From Candidatus Latescibacterota bacterium (GTDB lineage: Bacteria > Latescibacterota > UBA2968 > UBA8231): 64,000 bases of DNA. The position numbers were made by a program, and so were the translations under genes. Where the stretch lies: the NCBI GenBank assembly GCA_965242865.1, contig CBDETK010000013.1, positions 2,656,001-2,720,000 on the forward strand, read 5' to 3'. Each line of letters starts with the position of its first letter. Position 1 is the stretch's first letter. This document shows positions 12,941 to 21,278 of the stretch, piece by piece. Under the pieces are notes generated by a model. It was not told where the DNA came from. It saw only the letters and a list, made by a program, of their open reading frames with translations, and did no database searches.

Positions 12941-13195
12941 TTATTTTTGCTCCTTGTATTTGAGGATTCCACTTCTCGGACTACGATATTGCCAGCCTGT
13001 TCCGGCAAACCGGCGAATGCTTTTCCGAATATAGGTACAGGTCACTATCAGGAAAAGGCCTGAGGCTAGAACCTTTTTACAAAAAAATTCTCCCCTGCGA
13101 CGCGATCTCATAGCCGCCACAAGCCCCGGCTTCCAAGAGGCGGTTGTCAGTTCTCCTTTACACTAGCGGGCGCACCATCCACCACTCCAGCCGAA

Positions 13196-13745
13196 CTAAT
13201 CCGTTCCAGCAGACACCAAGACACTATCCATCTCAGCCCTCTCAAAATTATCGTCCGAATGAGCCTGTATGCTTCCTATGCCTTTGCGAAAACCACTCGC
13301 AACTCCGTCGCCCCAAGAAGTCAATGTCACCGTCCCTGACGGGGACACGGCTTTACGAGTGTAGTATAATGCCTCAATAGACATTCTGATAGGCGACAAG
13401 TTCGACATATTTGGAATCGTGTTAGGCCAAGGACCGGGATTAGGAAACAGCAGTGTACCCAATACGTTTCGGGGGTCGATATGGAAAGAGCCTGAGAGTT
13501 CCGCGGGAAAGCTCTCATCGGTGTCTTTGTAAGTAGCCTGAACACTCCCAAAAACCCCGATAGAGGATTTATTAGCATGGAAGTAGTAATAGTAGGAACC
13601 ATATCTTGATCTAGTACCGTATTCTATCCGCCTCCCAAGCCTCCCCGTGAAATCGTAGTCCAACGTTCCATAACCATCCGTAGGAACATTCTGGTAATCC
13701 TCGTGCGCCCACTGTGCATCAAGACCTAAGCGGTCCAATAAATTA
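13196..13745 (-). pseudogene. 3' fragment of an unidentified lower-GC gene
   Basis: Open frame of about 180 codons (Tyr/Gly/Ser-rich). Its apparent 5' part runs into the opposite-strand AAA gene, so no credible start. Confidence 0.4.
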
Positions 13746-13769
13746 GAGGAACGCGACCACATCGAAAAA

Positions 13770-15140
13770 ATGGTCCAGGGCGCACTATCCACCGGCAAAC
13801 CGGGCGTAAACATCTTGGTGTACGGCCCGCCGGGAACCGGCAAGACCGAGTTTTGCAAGACGCTGGCCGCCCGGCTCGGGAAGAGGCTGTACAGCGTCGG
13901 CGAAGAAGATGGCAGCGGCGACGATCCCAGACGGAACGAGCGACTCCAAGAACTCCAGCTCGCCCAGCGTCTGCTAGCACCGGGCCGTGGGTCAATCCTG
14001 CTCTTCGACGAGATGGAGGACTTGCTCTCGAATCCGGACTCGGGCTGGATGCCGTTCTCGTCGCGTAGCTTTCCTCATCTTCGGGCCGGCGGCTCCAAAG
14101 TGTTCCTAAACCGGCTGCTCGAACGGACGCCCGTACCGACGCTGTGGACCTCCAACTCCGCCCGAGCAACCTGTCCCACCGTCCTGCGCCGCATGACCTT
14201 CGCCTTAGAGTTGCGTAAGCCGCCATCCCCAGTCCGGGCGCGTATCTGGCAACGGGAACTGGCCCGGCGCGATATCGAGGCGACCGAGCAGGATGCACGC
14301 TCCCTGGCCAAAGAGTTTGACGTAACGCCGGGCATAGCGTCTGGGGCCATCGCCGCGGCGAGCCTCTGCGGCGGCGACCTCACCGCAGTGCGCCTCGGCG
14401 TCCGCAGCCTGTCTCAAGTGATTGTCGGCGAGAAGCCCCCCGCAAATCAGGGGCCGCCCGATAGATTCGACCCCGTCCTAATCCGGGCCGACATCGACCC
14501 GGTAGAATTTGCGGGAAGCATTGTACAAAGCGGTGGCAAGCATTTTTCCCTCTGTCTGCAAGGGCCGCCCGGCACCGGCAAGAGCGCGTTCGTCCGCTAC
14601 CTAGCCGAACGCCTCGGCCTCCAAGTCTCCCAAAAGCGCGCCTCCGACCTAATGTCGATGTGGGTCGGCGAAACCGAAAAGCTAATCGCCGAAGCCTTTG
14701 CCGAAGCTCGCGCCGAAGGCTCCATTCTCGTCTTTGACGAGGCCGACTCCCTGCTCGCCGATCGCCAAGGTGCCGTGCGCTCTTGGGAAGTCAGCCGAGT
14801 CAACGAAATGCTGACTTGGATGGAGAGCCACCCCCTGCCGTTCGCCTGCACGACGAACTTTGGCGACAATCTCGACCCCGCCACCTTGCGCCGCTTCACC
14901 TTCAAGATCGCGCTCAACTACCTCACGCCCGACCAGTCGCAAGCGGCGTTCCGCACCTATTTCGCGCTCAACCCTCCGCCCGAAGTCGCCGACCTCACCA
15001 CCCTGACCCCCGGCGATTTCGCCGTAGTCCGCCGAAAGGCCGAAATCCTCGGCCACCTGCAAGACGCAAAGGCTCTCGCCGAATTGCTCCGCGCCGAGTG
15101 CGAAGCCAAGCCGAACCACACGCGCAAGATGGGCTTTTGA
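13770..15140 (+). CDS. Double-AAA+ ATPase, probably N-terminally truncated
   Basis: Two Walker A motifs (GPPGTGKT, GPPGTGKS), two Walker B motifs (LLFDE, LVFDEAD), LRRF arginine finger, C-terminal KMGF. Confidence 0.85.
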   Translation: MVQGALSTGKPGVNILVYGPPGTGKTEFCKTLAARLGKRLYSVGEEDGSGDDPRRNERLQELQLAQRLLAPGRGSILLFDEMEDLLSNPDSGWMPFSSRSFPHLRAGGSKVFLNRLLERTPVPTLWTSNSARATCPTVLRRMTFALELRKPPSPVRARIWQRELARRDIEATEQDARSLAKEFDVTPGIASGAIAAASLCGGDLTAVRLGVRSLSQVIVGEKPPANQGPPDRFDPVLIRADIDPVEFAGSIVQSGGKHFSLCLQGPPGTGKSAFVRYLAERLGLQVSQKRASDLMSMWVGETEKLIAEAFAEARAEGSILVFDEADSLLADRQGAVRSWEVSRVNEMLTWMESHPLPFACTTNFGDNLDPATLRRFTFKIALNYLTPDQSQAAFRTYFALNPPPEVADLTTLTPGDFAVVRRKAEILGHLQDAKALAELLRAECEAKPNHTRKMGF

Positions 15141-15154
15141 TTAGGTTCTCGTTT

Positions 15155-15183
15155 TTGACAAGTCGATTACCACTGAATAAATT
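15155..15183 (+). promoter_or_regulatory. Sigma70-type promoter
   Basis: TTGACA (15155-15160), N17, TAAATT (15178-15183). Confidence 0.6.
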
Positions 15184-15197
15184 CTCCCGCCCGTCGC

Positions 15198-15251
15198 ATG
15201 ACGACCATCCCTAATCTGTGCGGATTCGCAACAAAAGAACTCGCACGCTAA
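15198..15251 (+). pseudogene. 17-codon stub paralogous to the 5' end of the next gene
   Basis: MTTIPNLCGFATKELAR* versus MTLPNLYEFATKELAQD at 15269. Confidence 0.75.
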
Positions 15252-15268
15252 ACAAGGAGCACAGCAAA

Positions 15269-16354
15269 ATGACACTGCCCAATCTGTACGAATTCGCAAC
15301 AAAGGAACTCGCACAGGATGCTACCATTGCTTACCTCTTGGCGTGGGCCGACCCGGCATACCGCGAATCACATCCGCGCCTCCACACCCTTGGCACCGAA
15401 TTATTGCGTTCGCTCCTTCAGACGAAAGAAGAGGTTCTTCCACCGATCGAAACACTTTGTATCAAGACCCAGGTTTACCGGATTGACATTGTCGTGAAGA
15501 TCAACGCCGGCGAGAATGGAGTCCTCCTGATCATCGAAGACAAGGTGAGTGCCCGAGAGGGGCCGAACCAAATTGAAGGGTATAAAGAGGCCGCCAAGAA
15601 GAAGTACAGCGGCCAGTATGGTTGTGGTCGTTTGGTTGCGGTATATCTCAAGACGGGAAACGAATCGAAGGCCAGCCTTCCAGACGTAAAAAAATGCGGC
15701 CGCTTTATGCGCCGCGACCTGCTAGATGTCCTGAACAAATTTCAGGACACGGGAAATACCATAGTGGAAGACTTTCGCATCCATCTTCAAAATTGGGAGG
15801 ACGATACGAACAGGTGGGAATCCGCGAGTTACAAGGAGTGGGAGTGGAGACAATGGGAGGGCTTCTATGCCGAGTTGGAACACAGGTGGGACGGTTGTTG
15901 TGGTTGGGGTTATATTGCAAATCCGGCTGGAGGATTCCTTGGCTGTTGGTTGGGCTTCAAGAACATCGGAACCGAGGATCCGTACTCTCGCCTATATATA
16001 CAGATTCACAAGGATATACAGAAGGATATACAGATTTACAAGGAAACGCGTTTGACCGTCCGGCTTGGATCCGGTAAGGCCATGGACAAAGTTCGTGCCC
16101 CGTTCATGCACAAAGTTTTCAATGCCTTGAAAGAAGAGGCTTTTGACGGCATCCGCATCGAAAAGGCGGGGAAGTTCAGGGGCGGCGGTGCTGCAGCGGT
16201 TGCAGTCGTCACGTTTGATGAACAAGTACCTTGGCTTGCCGTTGACTCCAACGGCGTCGTGAATATGGACGCCACGATCGAACGGCTGCGTCGCTTGGAG
16301 GAACTGCTGGAAAAAGTTGCGACGCGCTTAACCGAACAGGGGATCGCCAGTTAG
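15269..16354 (+). CDS. PD-(D/E)XK nuclease superfamily protein
   Basis: ATKELAQDA, RIDIVV...LIIEDK, NQI..Y, VYLKTG. AAGGAG RBS. Confidence 0.8.
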   Translation: MTLPNLYEFATKELAQDATIAYLLAWADPAYRESHPRLHTLGTELLRSLLQTKEEVLPPIETLCIKTQVYRIDIVVKINAGENGVLLIIEDKVSAREGPNQIEGYKEAAKKKYSGQYGCGRLVAVYLKTGNESKASLPDVKKCGRFMRRDLLDVLNKFQDTGNTIVEDFRIHLQNWEDDTNRWESASYKEWEWRQWEGFYAELEHRWDGCCGWGYIANPAGGFLGCWLGFKNIGTEDPYSRLYIQIHKDIQKDIQIYKETRLTVRLGSGKAMDKVRAPFMHKVFNALKEEAFDGIRIEKAGKFRGGGAAAVAVVTFDEQVPWLAVDSNGVVNMDATIERLRRLEELLEKVATRLTEQGIAS

Positions 16355-16378
16355 TTGCGCGAGCATTCGCAATATTGA

Positions 16379-16705
16379 CTATGCCCGCAGCAAATGCCGC
16401 TGTAGCAAGGTCTGCATGTCGCGTCGCCCATCGGCGATCAAGAGCACATAGACCTCATTTCCCATCACCCGATAAATGATGCGGTAGGGCCTGAAGAATA
16501 TCTCCCGGTACTCCCGAATTCCAACGTCCAGCAGTTCCGTCGGATAGCTCCCGCGCTCGGGATACTCGGATAGGCTGCTGAACGCCTTCTCAATCTGCTT
16601 CAGTACACAATCCGCTCGGCCCGGCCCATCCTGCCTATCGCTGTAATCGCAGATAGTCTCCAAGTCGTGCGCCGAGTCGTCGGTCAACTGAACCAAGAAC
16701 ACCAT
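16379..16705 (-). CDS. Type II toxin, RelE/ParE family
   Basis: A..DLE.I.DY, L...PERG, YREIFFRPYRIIYRV, DGRRDMQTLL. Confidence 0.88.
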   Translation of the reverse strand: MVFLVQLTDDSAHDLETICDYSDRQDGPGRADCVLKQIEKAFSSLSEYPERGSYPTELLDVGIREYREIFFRPYRIIYRVMGNEVYVLLIADGRRDMQTLLQRHLLRA

Positions 16706-16809
16706 CAGCGACCTTGGTGCCGCTCCCGCAGCCGTGCGACGACATCGGCGGCCGGTTGCACCTGACCTGCTTCGATCTGACGGCTACCCAGCGCGAGGAT
16801 CTTGAGCAA
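16705..16809 (-). pseudogene. C-terminal fragment of a Phd/YefM antitoxin
   Basis: LLKILALGSRQIEAGQVQPAADVVARLRERHQGR*. TGATG coupling to the toxin; N-terminal DNA-binding half absent. Confidence 0.7.
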
Positions 16810-16979
16810 CGTACCTGATCTGGCACTTCGCGAAGTGCTATCGTAGTTTAGGATTTCAAGAAATTGGCAAAGGAACGACAGTTGCCGGTTGTTGTTGGAG
16901 AAGATGGCGCGGCTTTAAGAGAAATACGAGGCCGAGCGGATTCGCTCGACAGCCGAACGAATCAAGGGAGAATTTTGCA

Positions 16980-18356
16980 ATGGACGAAATAAGGGAATTG
17001 ATTTTGGAGGATGTGCGCTGTTTCCAAGGCACACAGCGCGGTCGCTTGCGGCCTATTACGCTGCTCGTGGGTGAGAACAGTACGGGAAAGACTACCTTTC
17101 TAAGCTGTTACAGGATATTACACCGGGTGCTTTCTCGGCAGGAGGGCAACATTGACGAGCAGTTGGACTTCAACGAGGATCCCTTTTCTATGGGCTCGTT
17201 CCACGACATCGTTCGGTTGCGGCGCGGTCCAAGCGGTCGTATCGACGAGTTCAAACTCGGTTTTACGATTGCGCCTCACAACGGTGTGTCGCCGTATGAA
17301 ACATCCATCGCCGTCTCGGAAAAAAATTCGCAACCTGCTGTCTCCTCCTTGCGCTATCAGTTCAACTCCGACTCCTTTCTGGCATTGCGACGAGTTGACT
17401 CCGGCGAAACCATTCTTTCCATCCCGCATCACGAGGAGAAGATCAACTTCTCATTTGAGGAAGTGGTGTTCATGCTCGATAGGCTGACCTCTGGATATCC
17501 AAAACAGCATCCTTACTATCTCCACTACCTTCGCCTGTTTCCGAACATGCGACCAATCGTCGAGTACCTCGAAACGTTGTTCTCCAACCGCAAAACTGGT
17601 AAGGCCGGACGCACGAAGCGGCGGGGTTATGGTTTCAGGTTTCTGAGCACCACCGATGTAATTCCAATCGCGCCGCTTCGCTCCAAACCCAAGCGCACCT
17701 ACGATCCGGTACGCGAGACCGCCTCGCCTGAAGGCGAACACATCCCCATGTTAATGATGAGGCTCGACCGCACCGACAAGAACCACTGGAACTCGCTTCG
17801 CGATAGCCTCCTGCAATTTGGTCATGGCTCCGGATTGTTTGCGGACATCAAAGTAAAGCGTCATGGCAAGCTGATGAGCGATCCGTTCCAGTTGCAGGTA
17901 AAAGTTCGATCAGGACCGCATGCGAACATCATGGATGTGGGCTACGGTGTCAGCCAGAGCCTGCCAATCCTAGTCGACGTGCTAGCTGCGGAGTCGGGAT
18001 TGCGCCGACAGGGCGGAGGCGAACGGACGTTCTTGCTACAGCAACCAGAGGTCCATCTTCATCCCCGGGGGCAGGCGGCACTAGCCAGTCTGCTAGTGGA
18101 GTCCTTTGAGAAACGCGGAAACCGATTCTTGATCGAGACCCACAGCGACTACATTGTAGATCGCGTTCGCATCTCCGTCAGAAAACGGATTTTGAAGCCC
18201 GAGGACGTTTCCATCCTGTACTTCGAGCCAAAAGGAAACGCCGTTGTGATTCACAATGTGACCTTGGACAAATACGGCAATCTACAGGACGCGCCCGATG
18301 GATACCGGGACTTCTTCTTAAAGGAAACCGACCAGCTACTTGGTTTCGCGGATTGA
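16980..18356 (+). CDS. ABC-type (AAA_15/AAA_21) ATPase with DUF3696-like C-terminus
   Basis: GENSTGKT, DVGYGVSQSLP signature, LLQQPEVHLHP, IETHS H-loop, P.GYRDFF tail. Confidence 0.85.
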   Translation: MDEIRELILEDVRCFQGTQRGRLRPITLLVGENSTGKTTFLSCYRILHRVLSRQEGNIDEQLDFNEDPFSMGSFHDIVRLRRGPSGRIDEFKLGFTIAPHNGVSPYETSIAVSEKNSQPAVSSLRYQFNSDSFLALRRVDSGETILSIPHHEEKINFSFEEVVFMLDRLTSGYPKQHPYYLHYLRLFPNMRPIVEYLETLFSNRKTGKAGRTKRRGYGFRFLSTTDVIPIAPLRSKPKRTYDPVRETASPEGEHIPMLMMRLDRTDKNHWNSLRDSLLQFGHGSGLFADIKVKRHGKLMSDPFQLQVKVRSGPHANIMDVGYGVSQSLPILVDVLAAESGLRRQGGGERTFLLQQPEVHLHPRGQAALASLLVESFEKRGNRFLIETHSDYIVDRVRISVRKRILKPEDVSILYFEPKGNAVVIHNVTLDKYGNLQDAPDGYRDFFLKETDQLLGFAD

Positions 18357-18365
18357 GCCGGCCTC

Positions 18366-18681
18366 ATGTGCATCATCATAGACGAGAACAAGCTCGGTTC
18401 GTTTCTCGCCGATCCACCGGACGCGGATTCCGCGCCGGTCCGCAAGTGGCTAGACAAAGGTGGTATCCTCGTGTATTCAACGGGGAGCATTTTCGCCGAA
18501 GAAGTTAGAGGCCGGGCAAAGAGAACGCGGTGCCCGCCTGCTCTATACAGGGGACAACGATCTCATAGCGGACTTCAAGAACAAGCAGTTCATAGATAAA
18601 CCAAGAGGCAAAGTCTATTCCGGCTCGGCCAATGCCAACTTACTTACCAAATCGGCCTGCGAGGGGCGAGGAATGCAGTAG
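18366..18681 (+). pseudogene. PIN-domain-like partner of the ATPase, internally deleted and frameshifted
   Basis: MCIIIDEN... in one frame, GARLLYTGDNDLIADFK...GKVY in another. Junction near 18520-18530. Confidence 0.6.
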
Positions 18682-18759
18682 CCTCAGAAAGGACCTTATG
18701 CCCGCAGTAAGCGTCGCAACAGCAAGGTCTCCCGAAAGCCAGGCGAGAGCAGTTCTTGC

Positions 18760-18844
18760 TGTAATTTTGAACCGCTACTTCAAATTATCGTGTAATTTTG
18801 AACCGCTACTTCAAATTTACACGTTAATTTTAAGTCCATGTACA
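18760..18844 (+). repeat. Orphan copy of the 85-bp leader of the DUF4143 gene at 24879
   Basis: Two tandem 31-bp units TGTAATTTTGAACCGCTACTTCAAATT, then ...AAGTCCATGTACA. Nearly identical to 24801-24885. Confidence 0.85.
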
Positions 18845-18886
18845 TATCCTCGCCTAAGATGCTGATCGGAGCGGATTATTCAAACG

Positions 18887-18985
18887 CTAAGTCGCCGCTT
18901 CCGACGAAGCCTCAATGCGTCCGGCGATCCACTCTTGAAGCAGCTTCACATCAGAGATACCACGCGACTTGGCAAGTTCCTTTGA
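18887..18985 (-). pseudogene. C-terminal fragment of a CopG/ribbon-helix-helix antitoxin-like protein
   Basis: KELAKSRGISDVKLLQEWIAGRI resembles RHH helices. Confidence 0.4.
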
Positions 18986-18993
18986 GGGGGCCG

Positions 18994-19110
18994 CCCTGAC
19001 CTTAGTTGATTTTGCCGTAGTCCGCCGAAAAGCCGAAATCTTCGGCCACCTACAAGACTCGTCAAATTGCTGTGCGCCGAGTGTGCAACCAAGCCGAACC
19101 ACTCGCACGA
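18994..19110 (+). repeat. Degenerate duplicate of the 3' end of the double-AAA gene (15001-15129)
   Basis: GCCGTAGTCCGCCGAAA.GCCGAAATC.TCGGCCACCT.CAAGAC...AAGCCGAACCAC is shared by both sites. Confidence 0.85.
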
Positions 19111-19118
19111 CCCGTTGC

Positions 19119-21278
19119 TCAGAGAATGGGGGACTCTGATTGTTTTAGCAATCCGTCAATCTGCTCGCGGTCCTTGAGTTCCTCGCTAGGTGTGTAGCCG
19201 GGCCATAGCTGTCTGTAGAGCGACGCGACGTAATCCTCGGTCTCCAAGGGCAACTTTCGCTTGCTAGCTACTAAGGCGAACAACTTCAATTCCAAAATTT
19301 TGTAGACACGGTCATGTTCTTTCAGCGACAACGCGGAGATCGCTATCGCGGTCTGCTCTGCTTCATCGATTGCGTCTAACAAGAGCCATAGCTGACCCCA
19401 AAACCGCAACGTTTTAAGGTCGAATTGCCCTCCATCGCCAAAACGCTCCGAGGCGGCGTGGATGAATTCTGTGGTGATCATCTCGTCGTAGTGTGCATCC
19501 GTCCCACCTTCGCGAGAACTCTTGAGACTTCGCTGCTCAAGCAGAGCCCATAAGGCAAGAGGCTCGACTCCTAAGTGCCGTACTCGATCCAGTAGCCATG
19601 CGTCGTTTGGCTCGCCAAACTCGATGACAAAGCGGGCCGCAAGCTCCGATGCGACCGAGGCTGCGGGATGGCTAGGAAGGTGTTGTCCGGCGAAATGGCA
19701 GTGGTCCCACAGGATCTCGGCGAGAGTGCGGACCGATACAGGATTGATCGTGTGGCCGAGTTCGTTTATTACTGGGATTGCGTGGAGTGCGACCAAGAAC
19801 CAATGTTGCGCTGCTCGGTCAGCATAGATGAACGCTTCATAATTATCCTCAGTATCCCATACACTCAGCGGCAACTCCCGGCACTGAGCCGAGACCCACT
19901 CCGGCAAATCAAGCTCCTCGTGAGACAGCACAAGGGCTATGCCGAGACTGCTGAACCACTCGCGTTGGTGCCAGGCACGCCAGTCCAAAAATAGATGATT
20001 CTGTTCCAACTGCTTGGCAATGTGCTGACCGTGCAAGTCGAAAGCCACTTGGGCGATCTCAGCGGCCCTCGCAGAATCGTCTTCGCGGATCAACCAAGCA
20101 ACATCCGCAATGTGACGGGTCCAAGTCGTTCGAGGAGTCAGGCATAGGCCAGCCCTAAGTTCGTCAAGCAGATTGTCGGACCATGACTGGCAAACGAGGC
20201 GTGAGAGTAGTTCCGTACATGCCCTCTCAAGTTGTTCAATCCGGGGCGGCTTCTCATGGCTCCCGCGTTGATTCAGCCCGTAAGGGGCATTGCTGAGCAC
20301 CTCGCCGACCCAGCGTACGCACACAAGAGGATCAAGCACGGCTAGCCGATCAACTAAGTCTTTAAGGAGAGCGGCAGCGGCGGCATCAAGGTCATCCTGA
20401 GGAAGGCAGAGTTCGGTTCTCCAGCTATATCGATCTATACCCATACCCATTTCACCCATTCGATCTGAGTATCGAAGGTCTTCGTCCAACTTATTGACGG
20501 TGTTCAGCGTATGTACGATCGCAAGCGCAACCAAGGCATCGCATGAATCCTTAGTGATCCACTCTAGGGTCTGACGATGGTTCAAGGAAAGGTCCGCGGC
20601 GGTCATGCGGTTGGCCGCCCGTGCCTGAATCACCGGATGATCGAGCTCCTCAATCAGGGTTTCAAAATGCTTGGGCCGCAACTTGATGACGAGTTCGAGC
20701 AGATTGCCCACGGCAGGATAGATCTCTAGAAAGCCATGGTTGTCTAGGTGCTGAAAAGTTTCTAGCCTTCCTTCGCGCTTTATAGAATCTTTCAGGATTT
20801 TAGCATTGACAGAATCTTGTGCAGTAAAGCCGGGGCAACGGGCCACATCGAGAATCTGGTCTTGATCGCAGAGCTTTTTCAACACCGTAAGTGTCGCCTC
20901 AACCAAAGAGTTAATCTCCTGAGAGGACCAGCGGCAACGAATGAGACGTACTGCTAGGTCAACGTCAATCGAGCCGACAGCCCAGATTGCAATCTTCCCG
21001 CGCTCGGTCCGGATCTCCTCTAGGATCAGGGCTGCAACTGGCTCGAACAATTCAGACTTGAGCAATGGTCGATCCCCATACGACTCAAACCAACCACGGA
21101 TCTCCGTGATGGCTCGATCCTGCTCTATAGAAGAAATAACATACTTTCTAGTGATTGGCTCGATCAGTTCGTAAGTCGACTGCCCCGTTAAGGGAGATTC
21201 ACCCGAGCCGAAGATCCGCCAAATAACGGCTTTTGCGCTGTCAGGCAGGGAAATACTAGGTATGCTGTTGCTGACCAT
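19119..21278 (-). CDS. Hypothetical 719-aa, largely helical protein
   Basis: Long intact Leu/Trp-rich ORF with no recognised motif. TGATG coupling to the upstream gene and AAGGAG RBS. Confidence 0.8.
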   Translation of the reverse strand: MVSNSIPSISLPDSAKAVIWRIFGSGESPLTGQSTYELIEPITRKYVISSIEQDRAITEIRGWFESYGDRPLLKSELFEPVAALILEEIRTERGKIAIWAVGSIDVDLAVRLIRCRWSSQEINSLVEATLTVLKKLCDQDQILDVARCPGFTAQDSVNAKILKDSIKREGRLETFQHLDNHGFLEIYPAVGNLLELVIKLRPKHFETLIEELDHPVIQARAANRMTAADLSLNHRQTLEWITKDSCDALVALAIVHTLNTVNKLDEDLRYSDRMGEMGMGIDRYSWRTELCLPQDDLDAAAAALLKDLVDRLAVLDPLVCVRWVGEVLSNAPYGLNQRGSHEKPPRIEQLERACTELLSRLVCQSWSDNLLDELRAGLCLTPRTTWTRHIADVAWLIREDDSARAAEIAQVAFDLHGQHIAKQLEQNHLFLDWRAWHQREWFSSLGIALVLSHEELDLPEWVSAQCRELPLSVWDTEDNYEAFIYADRAAQHWFLVALHAIPVINELGHTINPVSVRTLAEILWDHCHFAGQHLPSHPAASVASELAARFVIEFGEPNDAWLLDRVRHLGVEPLALWALLEQRSLKSSREGGTDAHYDEMITTEFIHAASERFGDGGQFDLKTLRFWGQLWLLLDAIDEAEQTAIAISALSLKEHDRVYKILELKLFALVASKRKLPLETEDYVASLYRQLWPGYTPSEELKDREQIDGLLKQSESPIL

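Noticed and set aside
16010-16033. 12-bp tandem duplication AAGGATATACAG inside the nuclease gene
   Set aside because: In-frame two-copy duplication (KDIQKDIQ), too short to imply a switching mechanism.
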